Positions 45,094-55,245 of a DNA stretch of 64,000 nucleotides are shown piece after piece. Source of the DNA: Patescibacteria group bacterium (GTDB lineage Bacteria; Patescibacteriota; Patescibacteriia; Patescibacteriales; UBA12465); the NCBI GenBank assembly GCA_041661685.1, contig JBAZTY010000001.1:128691-192690 (forward strand), given 5' to 3'. Below the pieces are notes generated by a model that saw only the letters and a program-made list of their open reading frames with translations, searched no databases and was not told the origin of the DNA. The translations under genes were made by a program, and so were the position numbers. Within the stretch, counting starts at the first letter, position 1. Each line of letters starts with the position of its first letter.

Positions 45094-46200
45094 ATGTTCA
45101 GCCGCTTTAAGCTTTATTTCAAGAATTTTGATTGGATAATCTTCGCCGTAGTTTTACTGCTGGTAGCTTTCGGCTTGGTGGAGATCTATAGCGTCGCTTT
45201 AGGGCAGGGCAGCTTGGATCTGCTTAATTTCAAAAAGCAGCTCCTATTCGCCGGTATCGGCTTTTTTTTCTTGTTTCTATTCACCTTCATTGATTCTTAT
45301 TTTCTGAAGAGCTTGAATAAGTATATCTATATCTTTTCCGTGCTTTTGCTCATCGGTGTCTTGATCTTCGGTCAGACTATCAGGGACACTAAGGGCTGGT
45401 TCAACCTTTTCGGTTTCGGCTTACAGCCAGTAGAATTCATTAAGATAGTTCTAATCTTGTCGCTAGCCAGTTATTTTTCCGGATTAGCGACCAGGGTTAA
45501 GACCGCTCGTCATTTTTTCGGTTCCGCCTTATTAGCCTTCGTCTTCATCGGTCTAGTCTTGTTGCAGCCGGATTTCGGTTCCGCTATGATTTTAGGAGCT
45601 ATCTGGCTATTCATGCTGCTGACAGCCGGGTTCAACAAGAAATATTTTATCATGATCGCCTCGGGCGGGCTAATCTTGTTCGTTATCGCTTGGTTCTTTC
45701 TGTTTAAAGACTATCAGAAAGAGAGAATAATCAATCTGGCTGGCGGAAGCAGTAATGCCCAGGAGTCGGGCTATAATATCGCTCAGTCAATTATCGCTAT
45801 CGGATCCGGCGGCCTAACCGGCAAAGGCGTCGGCTTTGGTTCGCAATCTCAGCTTAAATTTTTGCCGGAAGCTCATACTGATTTCATTTTTGCTGTAATA
45901 TCAGAGGAATTAGGCTTTTTAGGAGTAACCCTGGTCTTGGGATTCTACGCTATCTTTTTCGCTCGTTGTTTTAGGATTCTGAAGAAAATAAACAATGATT
46001 TCGGAATTTATTTCCTTTTGGGCGCTACCGGCTTGATTTTTATTCAAATGTTTATTAATATTGGTATGAACCTAGGGCTGGTGCCGGTCGTCGGCTTGCC
46101 CCTGCCTTTTATCAGTTATGGCGGCAGTTCGCTTATTTCTTTGCTATTGTTAGTAGGAATAATCGAGAATATCATTATCAAGTCAAAAATCAGTTATTAA
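45094..46200 (+). CDS. SEDS-family peptidoglycan glycosyltransferase (FtsW/RodA/SpoVE)
   Basis: LQPDFGSAMI, AHTDFIFAVISEELGFLG, LPFISYGGSSL. Confidence 0.9.
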   Translation: MFSRFKLYFKNFDWIIFAVVLLLVAFGLVEIYSVALGQGSLDLLNFKKQLLFAGIGFFFLFLFTFIDSYFLKSLNKYIYIFSVLLLIGVLIFGQTIRDTKGWFNLFGFGLQPVEFIKIVLILSLASYFSGLATRVKTARHFFGSALLAFVFIGLVLLQPDFGSAMILGAIWLFMLLTAGFNKKYFIMIASGGLILFVIAWFFLFKDYQKERIINLAGGSSNAQESGYNIAQSIIAIGSGGLTGKGVGFGSQSQLKFLPEAHTDFIFAVISEELGFLGVTLVLGFYAIFFARCFRILKKINNDFGIYFLLGATGLIFIQMFINIGMNLGLVPVVGLPLPFISYGGSSLISLLLLVGIIENIIIKSKISY

Positions 46201-46238
46201 TTAAAAATTAAGATAAAGATAATAAAAATTAAAATGAT

Positions 46239-46895
46239 ATGGAAATCAAACTATCAGCACAATTAAGAGACAAAAATGAGAAATTAGGAGCGGATTTGAT
46301 TCCGGCTGTAATCTATGGCAAGGGCGTAGAGAATAAGAGCCTGAAGGTTAAGAAGGTCGAGTTGGAAAAGGCTTTTGCCGCCGCCGGCGAATCTAACCTG
46401 ATCAGCCTCGATTTTGGTTCCGGCGCGGTCAAGGTCTTGGTTAAAGAGACTCAGCGCGACGTCTTGAAGAACACCTTCACCCATGTTGATTTTTATCAGG
46501 TTAATATGAAAGAGAAGATTACGGCGGAAATCCCATTTCATTTTATCGGCGAAGCGAAAGCTATCAAGGAATTGGGCGGAGTTCTGATTAAGGATATGGC
46601 TCATTTAGAAGTAGAATGTCTGCCTGGAGATTTAGCCGATCATATCGATGTCGATATCTCTGTCTTGAAGACTTTTGATGACGCTATTAGAATTAATGAT
46701 CTGACTTTACCTAAGGGTATCAGCGCTGTCAGTCACACTAATGAGATGATTGCCGCTGTCAGAGAGCCGAAGGTTGAAGCTGAACCGACTCCGGTCGTCG
46801 CTGAAGCTGCTCCGGCTGCTGGCGCTCCGGTTGCTGGTGCTCTGGCTGCTGGCGCTAAGAAAGAAGAAGGAAAAAAACCAGAAGCTAAGAAATAA
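46239..46895 (+). CDS. rplY: 50S ribosomal protein L25/Ctc with an Ala/Pro/Lys-rich tail
   Basis: IPAVIYGKG, THVDFYQVNMKEKITAEIPFHFIGEA, LEVECLPGDL. Confidence 0.85.
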   Translation: MEIKLSAQLRDKNEKLGADLIPAVIYGKGVENKSLKVKKVELEKAFAAAGESNLISLDFGSGAVKVLVKETQRDVLKNTFTHVDFYQVNMKEKITAEIPFHFIGEAKAIKELGGVLIKDMAHLEVECLPGDLADHIDVDISVLKTFDDAIRINDLTLPKGISAVSHTNEMIAAVREPKVEAEPTPVVAEAAPAAGAPVAGALAAGAKKEEGKKPEAKK

Positions 46896-46916
46896 GAATA
46901 GACTAAATTCGGATAT

Positions 46917-46949
46917 AAAAACAGGCACCATTATGGCGCCTGTTTTTTT
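46917..46949. terminator. Bidirectional intrinsic terminator (rplY / prmC convergent)
   Basis: aaaaacaggcacca-tta-tggcgcctgttttttt. Confidence 0.8.
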
Positions 46950-46986
46950 ATGAAAGAGTATAAATATGAAGATAATCCACGTTCGT

Positions 46987-47841
46987 CTAAAAAGCTAAAA
47001 ATCTCTTCTTTCCTGATAAGTCGTTGATTATCTTCGAGACGGCTTGAGGAAAATATTTTTCCGTTAGCGCTTTTATCTTCTTGGCTTGCGAATCATCGAT
47101 CTCGCAGATGATCCTGATATTGCCGATGTCCGCCAAGACGGATAGTTGCTTGAATAATTCGCGGTAATATCTTAAGCCGTCGGGTCCGCCATTGAGAGCC
47201 AAGAGAGGCTCGCGGCTGATACTTGGGGATCCTTTTATCTGAGCCTTAGTCAGATAGGGAAGATTAGCGGCGATTATCAGTTCGTAGTGGCTCAGATCGC
47301 GTTTATTGAGTTTGAGCGGACTTAGCAGATTGCCTTGATGGAATTTTATCTTATTGGTCAGCTTATGCTTTGAGGCATTTTCCTCGGCTATTTTCAAGGC
47401 TTTTCCGGAAATATCTACGGCTAAGAATTCAGCGCGGCGGTAAGCCCTTGGCGCTAATCTTTTTAGCTCTTTAGCGACGGAAATTATGATAGCTCCGGAA
47501 CCGGTGCCGATATCAATAATGATTGGTTTTAAGGGGGCGGATCCGGCTATCCTGACTATATCTTCGACGATTTTTTCGGTTTCCGGGCGCGGAGTCAGGA
47601 CGGCCGCGGAAACTTTGAAATCAAAGCCATAAAATTCTTTCGTACCAGTCAGATAAGCAATCGGCCAATTTTTTAAGCGTTTAGATTCTAAAGTTCGGAA
47701 TTTTTTGTATGTCTTTAAATTGATTTCCAGCTCCGGGTGAGTCAACAAAAATTCCCGGCTCTTATTTAATAAAAAAGCCAGGAGCATTTCAATTTCTAAG
47801 TGTGGCAGGGAAGAGGTTTTATAAACATCTTTTATCTCCAT
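46987..47841 (-). CDS. prmC: Release-factor glutamine N5-methyltransferase PrmC/HemK
   Basis: VLTPRPETE, IIDIGTGSGAI, IIAANLPYL (NPPY-type motif). Immediately downstream of prfA. Confidence 0.85.
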   Translation of the reverse strand: MEIKDVYKTSSLPHLEIEMLLAFLLNKSREFLLTHPELEINLKTYKKFRTLESKRLKNWPIAYLTGTKEFYGFDFKVSAAVLTPRPETEKIVEDIVRIAGSAPLKPIIIDIGTGSGAIIISVAKELKRLAPRAYRRAEFLAVDISGKALKIAEENASKHKLTNKIKFHQGNLLSPLKLNKRDLSHYELIIAANLPYLTKAQIKGSPSISREPLLALNGGPDGLRYYRELFKQLSVLADIGNIRIICEIDDSQAKKIKALTEKYFPQAVSKIINDLSGKKRFLAF

Positions 47842-47842
47842 A

Positions 47843-48889
47843 TCATTTAAGTTCTGACTTAGCCGCTTTTTTTAATTCCTTGATAATCTCTTCGATGTCG
47901 CCATCGATGATGCGCGGGATGCTATGCCAAGACATATTAATGCGGTGATCAGTGACGCGGTCTTGGGGGAAATTATATGTTCGGATTTTATCGCTCCGAT
48001 CGCCGGCGCCGATCTGAGTCTGGCGGGCGCTGGATTCGGCCGCGCGTTTTTCGTCTTCCTGTTTCGCCAATAGTCTGGAACGCAAGACCTGTAGAGCTTT
48101 TTCTTTATTTTGATGCTGTGATTTTTGGTCTTGACAGGAAACAGTGATACCGGTCGGGATATGGACGATACGGATAGCGGAATAAGTCGTGTTGACGCAT
48201 TGTCCGCCCGGACCGCTGGAACAGAAGGTATCTATTCTGATATCGTTAGGTTTTATTTCAACATCGATTTCTTCCGCTTCCGGCAGAACAACGACGGTCG
48301 CGGTTGAAGTATGAACGCGGCCTTGCTTCTCGGTTTCCGGAACGCGCTGGACGCGATGGGTTCCAGCTTCGAATTTTAACAAGCCATAAGCGCCTTCGCC
48401 TTTGATTTCGAAGATCACTTCTTTAAAGCCGCCGATGCCGATAAGGCTGGATTCGATTAAGCTTAGTTTTAGGCCGCGGCGTTCGCAGAAGCGGGAATAC
48501 ATGCGGAAAAGGTCGCCAGCGAATAAAGCCGCTTCGTCGCCGCCAGTGCCGGCCCTAATTTCGATGATGGCGTTTTTCTTATCATTCGGGCTGGCCGGAT
48601 GGATCTCTTCTTCTAGATCTTCTTTAAGTTTTTCTTCCCGTTCTTTCAGGCCGGCCATTTCTTCAAGCGCCATGGCTTTGAAGTCGGCGTCTTTTTCGTT
48701 TTCGATAATCTCAATGTTCTGTCGGATCTGTTCGGAAACTTTTTCCAATTCTAAAATCAGCGCTACGGCCTTTTTCAAGCCGGCGTGTTCTTGAGAGATT
48801 TTCACCATCTCTTTGGGGTCGCCCATAATGGCGGGATCCATCATTTTGTCTTCAAGCGCTTTAAAGCGCGCCTTGATATCTTCGTACAT
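47843..48889 (-). CDS. prfA: Peptide chain release factor 1
   Basis: PAT-region and GGQ motif ([24 protein letters not shown]). The Met at 48889 ([13 protein letters not shown]) is preferred over the upstream ORF-track start at 48928. Confidence 0.9.
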   Translation of the reverse strand: MYEDIKARFKALEDKMMDPAIMGDPKEMVKISQEHAGLKKAVALILELEKVSEQIRQNIEIIENEKDADFKAMALEEMAGLKEREEKLKEDLEEEIHPASPNDKKNAIIEIRAGTGGDEAALFAGDLFRMYSRFCERRGLKLSLIESSLIGIGGFKEVIFEIKGEGAYGLLKFEAGTHRVQRVPETEKQGRVHTSTATVVVLPEAEEIDVEIKPNDIRIDTFCSSGPGGQCVNTTYSAIRIVHIPTGITVSCQDQKSQHQNKEKALQVLRSRLLAKQEDEKRAAESSARQTQIGAGDRSDKIRTYNFPQDRVTDHRINMSWHSIPRIIDGDIEEIIKELKKAAKSELK

Positions 48890-48994
48890 ATGCTTATGAT
48901 TCTGATAATATTGGATAACAAAAAACAATCGGTCTTATATAATCATTCTAGCATGGATAGCCAAAATGATTAAAGCCGATTGCTTTTATAGAGG

Positions 48995-49330
48995 TTATTT
49001 CTTGTTTAATTTGACTTGAGTGATCCTCTTGAAATCTTTCGTCTTGACGACGACTTCTTTTTTAGATTTAGCTTCGGCGCGAGCGGCGCGTTTAACTTTC
49101 TTGCCTTTCTTGTCCTTGCCAGCCGCTTCTTTAGCGCTAGCCTTGGCGACGAATTTCTCGACCCGGCGGGCGGTATCGACTAATTTCTGTTTGCCGGTGT
49201 AGAAAGGATGGCAAGCGGAACAAAGCTCAACCTTAATTTCCGGTTCGGTAGAGCCGGTTAAGAAGGTGTTGCCGCAGACGCAAGAAACTTTGGCGTCTGG
49301 GTAGTACTTAGGATGGATATTATTTTTCAT
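48995..49330 (-). CDS. rpmE: 50S ribosomal protein L31 (Zn-ribbon form) with a ~40-aa Lys-rich C-terminal extension
   Basis: [14 protein letters not shown]...[13 protein letters not shown], then [30 protein letters not shown]. Confidence 0.85.
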   Translation of the reverse strand: MKNNIHPKYYPDAKVSCVCGNTFLTGSTEPEIKVELCSACHPFYTGKQKLVDTARRVEKFVAKASAKEAAGKDKKGKKVKRAARAEAKSKKEVVVKTKDFKRITQVKLNKK

Positions 49331-49466
49331 ACAAATAAAAAAATTTTATTTAAAATCAATAAAATTTGAACTATTATTATATTTATTTTTATGTAATATT
49401 ATGTTATCATAACTTCTAGATTTAATCAAGACCCGAGGTGAATCCATGAAGATTCTCGCATAATTT

Positions 49467-50945
49467 ATGACTAAAGTAGAAAATATCGCTAAAAATACCT
49501 CATATTTGACGCTGGCGCTGATTTTGCAGAAAATAATATCCTTCACTTACTTTACGCTTTTAGCTCGTTATGTTGGTCCGGCTAGCTTAGGAAAGTACTA
49601 TCTGGCCATCTCTTTTACGACGATTTTCGCCATTTTTATTGATTTAGGCTTTACTAATGTCTTGACTCGGGAAATAGCCAAAGATCAGGCTAAGGCTGAG
49701 CGTTGGCTCGGCAATATTGTGGCTTTAAAGATACCGCTGGCCGGTTTAGCTCTGGCCGCGGTTTTTATATTAATAAACGTGCTGGGCTACGATTCGCTCA
49801 CTAAGACCTTGGTTTATATCTCGGCTATTTCCATGGTTCTCGATTCTTTTACGACGACTTTCTTCGGCGCGGTCCGGGGTTTTCATAATCTGAAATATGA
49901 AAGCATCTCTTCGGTCGTCTTTCAACTCATCGTGCTTATCGTCGGTTACGCCTCTTTACTCTTGGGCGGCGGTTTGATTCCAGCGATGGCCGCGCTCGCT
50001 TTGGCTAGCATCTATAATTTCAGTTATGCCCTCATCATCGTCAGGAAGCGCTTGAAATTAGTTATTCATGCTTTGTATGAAAAGCCGCTTATCAAAGAGA
50101 TCCTAATGATCAGCTGGCCCTTCGCGGCTTATGCCATCCTGCAGAGATTATATACTTATCTAGATTCGGTTCTTTTGTCAGTCTTAGCTGGCGACGTGCA
50201 AGTCGGATTATATCAGGTCGCTTTTAAAATAATCTTCGCGCTCCAGTTCTTGCCATCAGCTTTTACGGCCTCGCTTTATCCGGCGATGAGCGCTTATTGG
50301 CATGGCAATCGCGATCAGCTTTTAGTCTCTTTCGAACGGGCGATGAATTATCTAATTATCATATCTCTGCCGATTATTGTCGGCGCTATCGTTCTGGCTA
50401 ACAAGATCATCTTGCTTTTCAAGACCGGATACGACGGCGCGATTCTGCCGCTGCAGATAGCCATCGTTTCGCTGCTCTTCATCTTTTTAAATTTCCCGAT
50501 CGGCTCGCTCTTGAACGCTTGCGACGCACAGCGGAAGAATACGCGTAATATGGCGATAGTCGCAGTCGTGAGTATCTTGATTAATCTAGCGCTTATTCCT
50601 TATTGGCAAGCGGCTGGTGCGAGCATTACGGTTCTAGTCACCAATTTCTTGATGTTTATTCTCGGCGTTCTGTCAGTCAAGAAGATAATCGCTTATCGCT
50701 TGCGCAATAATCTGAAAACTTTCTTGAAGGTCATGGCCGCTTCTATTATCATGGGTTTGATAATTATGATCGGGAAGGCTTACCTTAATATTTTTATAAT
50801 CACGATTTTAGGCGGCGGCATTTATTTCGGCTGCCTATACTTATTCGGCGGTTTTAGCCGGGCGGATATCGAGAGCGTCGTAAAATCTTTTAAGCGTAGT
50901 AAGGATGCGGCTCAGGATGCGCCTGTCATCGAAACGAATATCTAA
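49467..50945 (+). CDS. Oligosaccharide/polysaccharide flippase (MOP/Wzx family)
   Basis: About 14 TM helices, with an N-terminus (NTSYLTLALILQKIISFTYFTLLARYVGP) typical of Wzx-like flippases. Confidence 0.8.
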   Translation: MTKVENIAKNTSYLTLALILQKIISFTYFTLLARYVGPASLGKYYLAISFTTIFAIFIDLGFTNVLTREIAKDQAKAERWLGNIVALKIPLAGLALAAVFILINVLGYDSLTKTLVYISAISMVLDSFTTTFFGAVRGFHNLKYESISSVVFQLIVLIVGYASLLLGGGLIPAMAALALASIYNFSYALIIVRKRLKLVIHALYEKPLIKEILMISWPFAAYAILQRLYTYLDSVLLSVLAGDVQVGLYQVAFKIIFALQFLPSAFTASLYPAMSAYWHGNRDQLLVSFERAMNYLIIISLPIIVGAIVLANKIILLFKTGYDGAILPLQIAIVSLLFIFLNFPIGSLLNACDAQRKNTRNMAIVAVVSILINLALIPYWQAAGASITVLVTNFLMFILGVLSVKKIIAYRLRNNLKTFLKVMAASIIMGLIIMIGKAYLNIFIITILGGGIYFGCLYLFGGFSRADIESVVKSFKRSKDAAQDAPVIETNI

Positions 50946-50947
50946 TT

Positions 50948-52051
50948 ATGAATATCCTGCTGACTACAATAGAATTTCCTCCATTCAAGGGCGGCGTGGC
51001 TAATTATTATGGCCATCTAGCCAGTTTTTGGCCGAAGGCGGATAATTTTTCGGTTCTAGATAATAATAACGGCGAGCTTATTTCCGGCGAATTCTTCTGG
51101 CCTTGGCGGCGCGCTTTTCAGGCGATCAAGGACAGGATAAAGAAAGACAAAATAGATTATATCCTCGTCGGCCAAGTGTTGCCGCTAGGTACTGTAATTT
51201 GGGATATGTCCTTATTTCGACCCTGTAAGTATGCGGTTTTTTTCCATGGCATGGATCTGAGCTATTCCTTGCGGCGGTTTCATAAGAGAATATTGACCGG
51301 GCTGATAATCAGAAGAGCCGACAAGGTTATTTGCGCTAACAGCTATGTGAAATCGCAGATTGATAGGTTTTATCCGTCCGGAAGCGCCAAGACGATTATT
51401 GCTAATCCGGGCATACCAAAAAATATTCCCGAGCCGCGGACAGAGTTAATGGATCATCTGAAGATAAATTACGGCCTGAGCCAAGGTAGCGGGCAGATAA
51501 ACCTATTTACTTTGGGGCGTCTCGTTAAGCGCAAGGGCATCGATAAAGTCATAGCCGCCTTGAACGGCCTGCCTGAAGAATTATTAGATAGATTAAGATA
51601 TTTTGTCGGCGGCGTCGGACCGGAAGAAGAATATCTGAAAGCGGCGGTTCCTGCAAAATTAAAAGATAAAGTAATTTTCTTGGGCAGTCTGAACGAAGAA
51701 GAAAAGTGGGCCTGGCTGAGTCTCTGCGACGTTTTTATTATGCCGGCTCGCGATATCAAGGGAGATTATGAAGGTTTCGGCATAGTTTATCTGGAAGCTA
51801 ATCTTTGCGGCAAACCGGTAATCGCCGGATCAGCCGGCGGAGTCAATGATGCGGTTAAGGATGGCTTAAATGGATTGATGGTTGACCCTGAAGACGAGAA
51901 TAGTATCGGTGACGCGATTATAAAGCTAGCGGCCGACCAGGATTTGCGCGAGAAATTAGGCAGACAGGGAAGAGAAAGAGCTCTTAATGAATTCGCTTGG
52001 CCGGCGCTCTCAGAGAAGCTGAGCCGGCGGATAAAAGAAAATATTTTATGA
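50948..52051 (+). CDS. Glycosyltransferase family 4
   Basis: LGRLVKRKGID, EGFGIVYLEANLCGKPVIAG. Confidence 0.8.
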   Translation: MNILLTTIEFPPFKGGVANYYGHLASFWPKADNFSVLDNNNGELISGEFFWPWRRAFQAIKDRIKKDKIDYILVGQVLPLGTVIWDMSLFRPCKYAVFFHGMDLSYSLRRFHKRILTGLIIRRADKVICANSYVKSQIDRFYPSGSAKTIIANPGIPKNIPEPRTELMDHLKINYGLSQGSGQINLFTLGRLVKRKGIDKVIAALNGLPEELLDRLRYFVGGVGPEEEYLKAAVPAKLKDKVIFLGSLNEEEKWAWLSLCDVFIMPARDIKGDYEGFGIVYLEANLCGKPVIAGSAGGVNDAVKDGLNGLMVDPEDENSIGDAIIKLAADQDLREKLGRQGRERALNEFAWPALSEKLSRRIKENIL

Positions 52052-52755
52052 TTTCCATTATTATTCCGGTCTATGACCAGGCGCAAAAATTAATCAAGAC
52101 TTTGGCGAGCTTAGCCAAACAGACTTACCGCGATTATGAAGTGATTATCGTTAACGACGGCAGCCATGATCAGGTCGACGCCGTCTTTGCTAATTATTTT
52201 AAGAAGCTGGAAACGGAAAATAAATATTTGTTCATCACTCAGGATAATCAAGGCGCGCCGGCGGCGAGGAATCGCGGCTGGCAAGAAGCGCACGGCGAAT
52301 ATCTTTTTTTCTGTGATGCTGATGCTATCCTGAAACCAGAAGCCTTAGAGCTCATGCTGAGAACTTTAGAGAACAATCCTCAGGCGAGCTATGCTTATCC
52401 GTCTTTCAATTGGGGCAGGAAGCTATTTAAGGTTGGAGACTTCAATCCTGATAAGCTAGAGGCTGCTCCTTGCATCCATACCATGGCTCTTATCAGACGC
52501 AGTGATTTCCCGACCGAGGGCTGGGATATAAATATCAAGAAGCTGCAGGATTGGGACCTCTGGCTGACGATGCTCGAGCAAGGCCATATCGGCGTCTGGA
52601 TTCCTCAAATATTGTTTACAATCGCTCCCGGAGGAACCATTAGTTCTTGGTTGCCATCTTTTGCCTATAAGCTCCTGCCTTTCTTGAGCCGAGTCAAGAA
52701 ATATAATAATGCGGTTAAGGCTGTCAAAGCCAAGCACGCTCTGGCTCAGAAATAA
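52048..52755 (+). CDS. Glycosyltransferase family 2
   Basis: MISIIIPVYDQ, EVIIVNDGSHD, FCDADA. The ATG at 52048 overlaps the preceding stop (ATGA) and is preferred over 51997. Confidence 0.85.
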   Translation: MISIIIPVYDQAQKLIKTLASLAKQTYRDYEVIIVNDGSHDQVDAVFANYFKKLETENKYLFITQDNQGAPAARNRGWQEAHGEYLFFCDADAILKPEALELMLRTLENNPQASYAYPSFNWGRKLFKVGDFNPDKLEAAPCIHTMALIRRSDFPTEGWDINIKKLQDWDLWLTMLEQGHIGVWIPQILFTIAPGGTISSWLPSFAYKLLPFLSRVKKYNNAVKAVKAKHALAQK

Positions 52756-52764
52756 AGTTTCATT

Positions 52765-53238
52765 ATGGCCTTATCAAAGACAAAATCTAGCAATATCAAA
52801 TTCTTAGGCGTCATCTTGGCTATTTCTGGCAGCTTGACGGCGATATTGGCAGCCGCCATAATTCATAATAATCAGCGTCAAAACTCGATTGTGATGATTA
52901 ATCAGCAGGAGATAAAAGTCGAGATAGCCTCTACTCCCGAAGAGCAATATCAGGGGCTGAGCGGTCGAAAGTCGATCTGCGCTGATTGCGGCCTGCTTTT
53001 TAATTTTTCTGATTTCGGCCCCAAGACGTTCGTCATGCGCAATATGAAATTTCCTCTGGATATAATTTTCATAAATGACGGAGTCATTAAGAATATCGCT
53101 GCTAATCTAGTGCCGGAAGGCAGCGCTCCTAAGAATTTTTATGAAAGCGACGGTCCGGCCGATCAAGTCCTTGAAGTCAATGGCGGCTATTGCGAAAAAT
53201 ATAATATTAAATCCGGAGACAGAATATGGATAAGATAA
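52765..53238 (+). CDS. DUF192-domain protein
   Basis: GLSGRKS, FVMRNMKFPLDIIFI, VLEVNGG pattern. Confidence 0.7.
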   Translation: MALSKTKSSNIKFLGVILAISGSLTAILAAAIIHNNQRQNSIVMINQQEIKVEIASTPEEQYQGLSGRKSICADCGLLFNFSDFGPKTFVMRNMKFPLDIIFINDGVIKNIAANLVPEGSAPKNFYESDGPADQVLEVNGGYCEKYNIKSGDRIWIR

Positions 53239-54719
53239 ATTTTAAAAAAGTCGCAATTATCATGGCGGGCTTCCTAGTTATCGAAGCCTTGTCTTTTTTA
53301 GTTTTTTCTCACTCGCTCCTTAATGGGGCGATCTTAGTAATATTGAGTTTGGCCGTCGCCGCTCTCAGCGCCTATCGCTTAGAATATGGCTTCTTAGCGC
53401 TCGTAAGCGAACTATTCATCGGTTCAATGGGGCATTTATTCTTCGTCAACCTGAGCGCCGGGCAATTGCCGCTGCGGATCGCGATCTGGAGCGCTTTCAT
53501 GATTGTCTTCATCATCAAGCTCGTGATTCAGCTGGCTAGACAAGGCCAAGAAAGTTCCTATCTGAAGAATCTGAAAGAATTTGGCGAGAAGAAAGTATTT
53601 CTTATATTAGGAATCTTTATAATTATTTCTCTGATTAACGGCTTTATCCGCGGGCACGCTCTTGGTCTTATTTTTTCAGATTTCAATGCTTGGCTTTTTT
53701 TCTTGCTGATAATCCCGGCTGTCGCTATTTATGGCGACGCCGGAGAAGAGAAGTTTTCACGCCTGAAGACGGTCTTCTTAGCCGGCGCTTTATGGATGAG
53801 CTTAAAGACTTTAATATTCTTATATATCTTTACTCATGATTCTTCCGCCGCTCCGGAAATATATAATTGGCTGAGAAGAACGTTGAACGGAGAGATGACC
53901 CCGACTAACGCCGGCTGGCCGCGTATCTTTATTCAGGGGCAGATATATTCGGGCAGCGCTTTCTTCCTGTGCTTCTGGGCGAGTCAAGCTAACTCCAAGA
54001 TCAAAGATATTTTCAAGCGCATAAATATCCTGCCGTTGCTAGCCGCCGGCTTATTCTTGAGCACCTTGATTATCAGCTTCTCGCGCAGCTTCTGGGCCGG
54101 ACTTATTATCGCCTTAGCTTTCAGCTTAGTGTTAGTCTGGCGCTTTTATTCATTTAAGAAGATGTTAGCCGCCAGCGTCTGGCTAATAAGCTCTTTCATT
54201 CTGAGCTTCGTGGTTATTTACGCCGTGGCCGCTTTTCCTTACATATATGAAACCGGAAATTTCGGAGCGAGCTTTCTGGATCGGGTTTCTAATAGCAATG
54301 AAGCCGCGGTCGCTTCGCGCTGGTCGCTTTTGCCGGCCTTGATGAAGGAAATTAGAAAAGAACCGATTCTAGGCCAAGGCTATGGCGCGACTGTCACTTA
54401 TAAGTCGAGCGATCCGCGAGTGCTTCAATCTAATCCTACTGGAATATACACGACTTATGCTTTCGAATGGGGCTATCTGGAATTATGGCTTAAGCTCGGT
54501 CTGCTGGGCTTAGCCGCCTATCTATGGCTCTTATATCAACTGATTAAAGATGGGGTAGCCAGAGGCCTCAAAACAAAGCAGATGTTGTTTTTCGGCTTAG
54601 CCGCGGGCTTGATTTTTTTGGCTGTCACTAATATCTTTACCCCCTATCTCAACCATCCGCTGGGCATAGGGATATTAGTTCTCAGCTCTTGTCTAATCCG
54701 GCCAAATAGGATATATTAA
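53226..54719 (+). CDS. O-antigen ligase/polymerase-like polytopic membrane protein
   Basis: About 12 TM helices, with LIISFSRSFWAGLIIAL and a periplasmic loop (ILGQGYGAT). Confidence 0.65.
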   Translation: MDKINFKKVAIIMAGFLVIEALSFLVFSHSLLNGAILVILSLAVAALSAYRLEYGFLALVSELFIGSMGHLFFVNLSAGQLPLRIAIWSAFMIVFIIKLVIQLARQGQESSYLKNLKEFGEKKVFLILGIFIIISLINGFIRGHALGLIFSDFNAWLFFLLIIPAVAIYGDAGEEKFSRLKTVFLAGALWMSLKTLIFLYIFTHDSSAAPEIYNWLRRTLNGEMTPTNAGWPRIFIQGQIYSGSAFFLCFWASQANSKIKDIFKRINILPLLAAGLFLSTLIISFSRSFWAGLIIALAFSLVLVWRFYSFKKMLAASVWLISSFILSFVVIYAVAAFPYIYETGNFGASFLDRVSNSNEAAVASRWSLLPALMKEIRKEPILGQGYGATVTYKSSDPRVLQSNPTGIYTTYAFEWGYLELWLKLGLLGLAAYLWLLYQLIKDGVARGLKTKQMLFFGLAAGLIFLAVTNIFTPYLNHPLGIGILVLSSCLIRPNRIY

Positions 54720-54753
54720 TTTTGAATTAAGCTTCAATATTTAAACTAAAACT

Positions 54754-55212
54754 ATGAATGAACAAATCATCTCTCAGGAAGGTTATGACAAATTAAAAGA
54801 TGAAATGAATTTCTTGGCGACAGTCAGACGCAAGGAGATTGCGGAAAGAATCGAGCGCGCCAAAGAGCTCGGCGATTTGAGTGAGAATGCCGAGTATAGC
54901 GAAGCGAAGGACGCACAAGCCTTGAACGAGGGGCGTGTTTTAGAACTAGCGAATACGCTTAAAAATGTCACCGTCGTCGATATTCCCGCTGCTAGCGGAG
55001 AAGTGAGTATGGGCTCTAAAGTGACAGTCAAATCTGATAACGGCGAAAAGCAATATACTATCGTCAGCTTCAATGAAGCTGATCCGCTTAATGGCAAGAT
55101 TTCTAATGAGTCGCCTTTAGGCGTCGCTTTTTTGCATCATCATAAGGGTGAGAACGTGGAGGTGGAGACTCCGAAGGGAATAGTGAAATATAAGATCGTC
55201 AAGATCGATTAA
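54754..55212 (+). CDS. greA: Transcription elongation factor GreA
   Basis: GYDKLKDEMNFL, DLSENAEYSEAKDAQA, NGKISNESPLGVAFLHHHKGE. Confidence 0.9.
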   Translation: MNEQIISQEGYDKLKDEMNFLATVRRKEIAERIERAKELGDLSENAEYSEAKDAQALNEGRVLELANTLKNVTVVDIPAASGEVSMGSKVTVKSDNGEKQYTIVSFNEADPLNGKISNESPLGVAFLHHHKGENVEVETPKGIVKYKIVKID

Positions 55213-55245
55213 TGAAAATAGCTAGCAATAATTAATCTGAATCAT

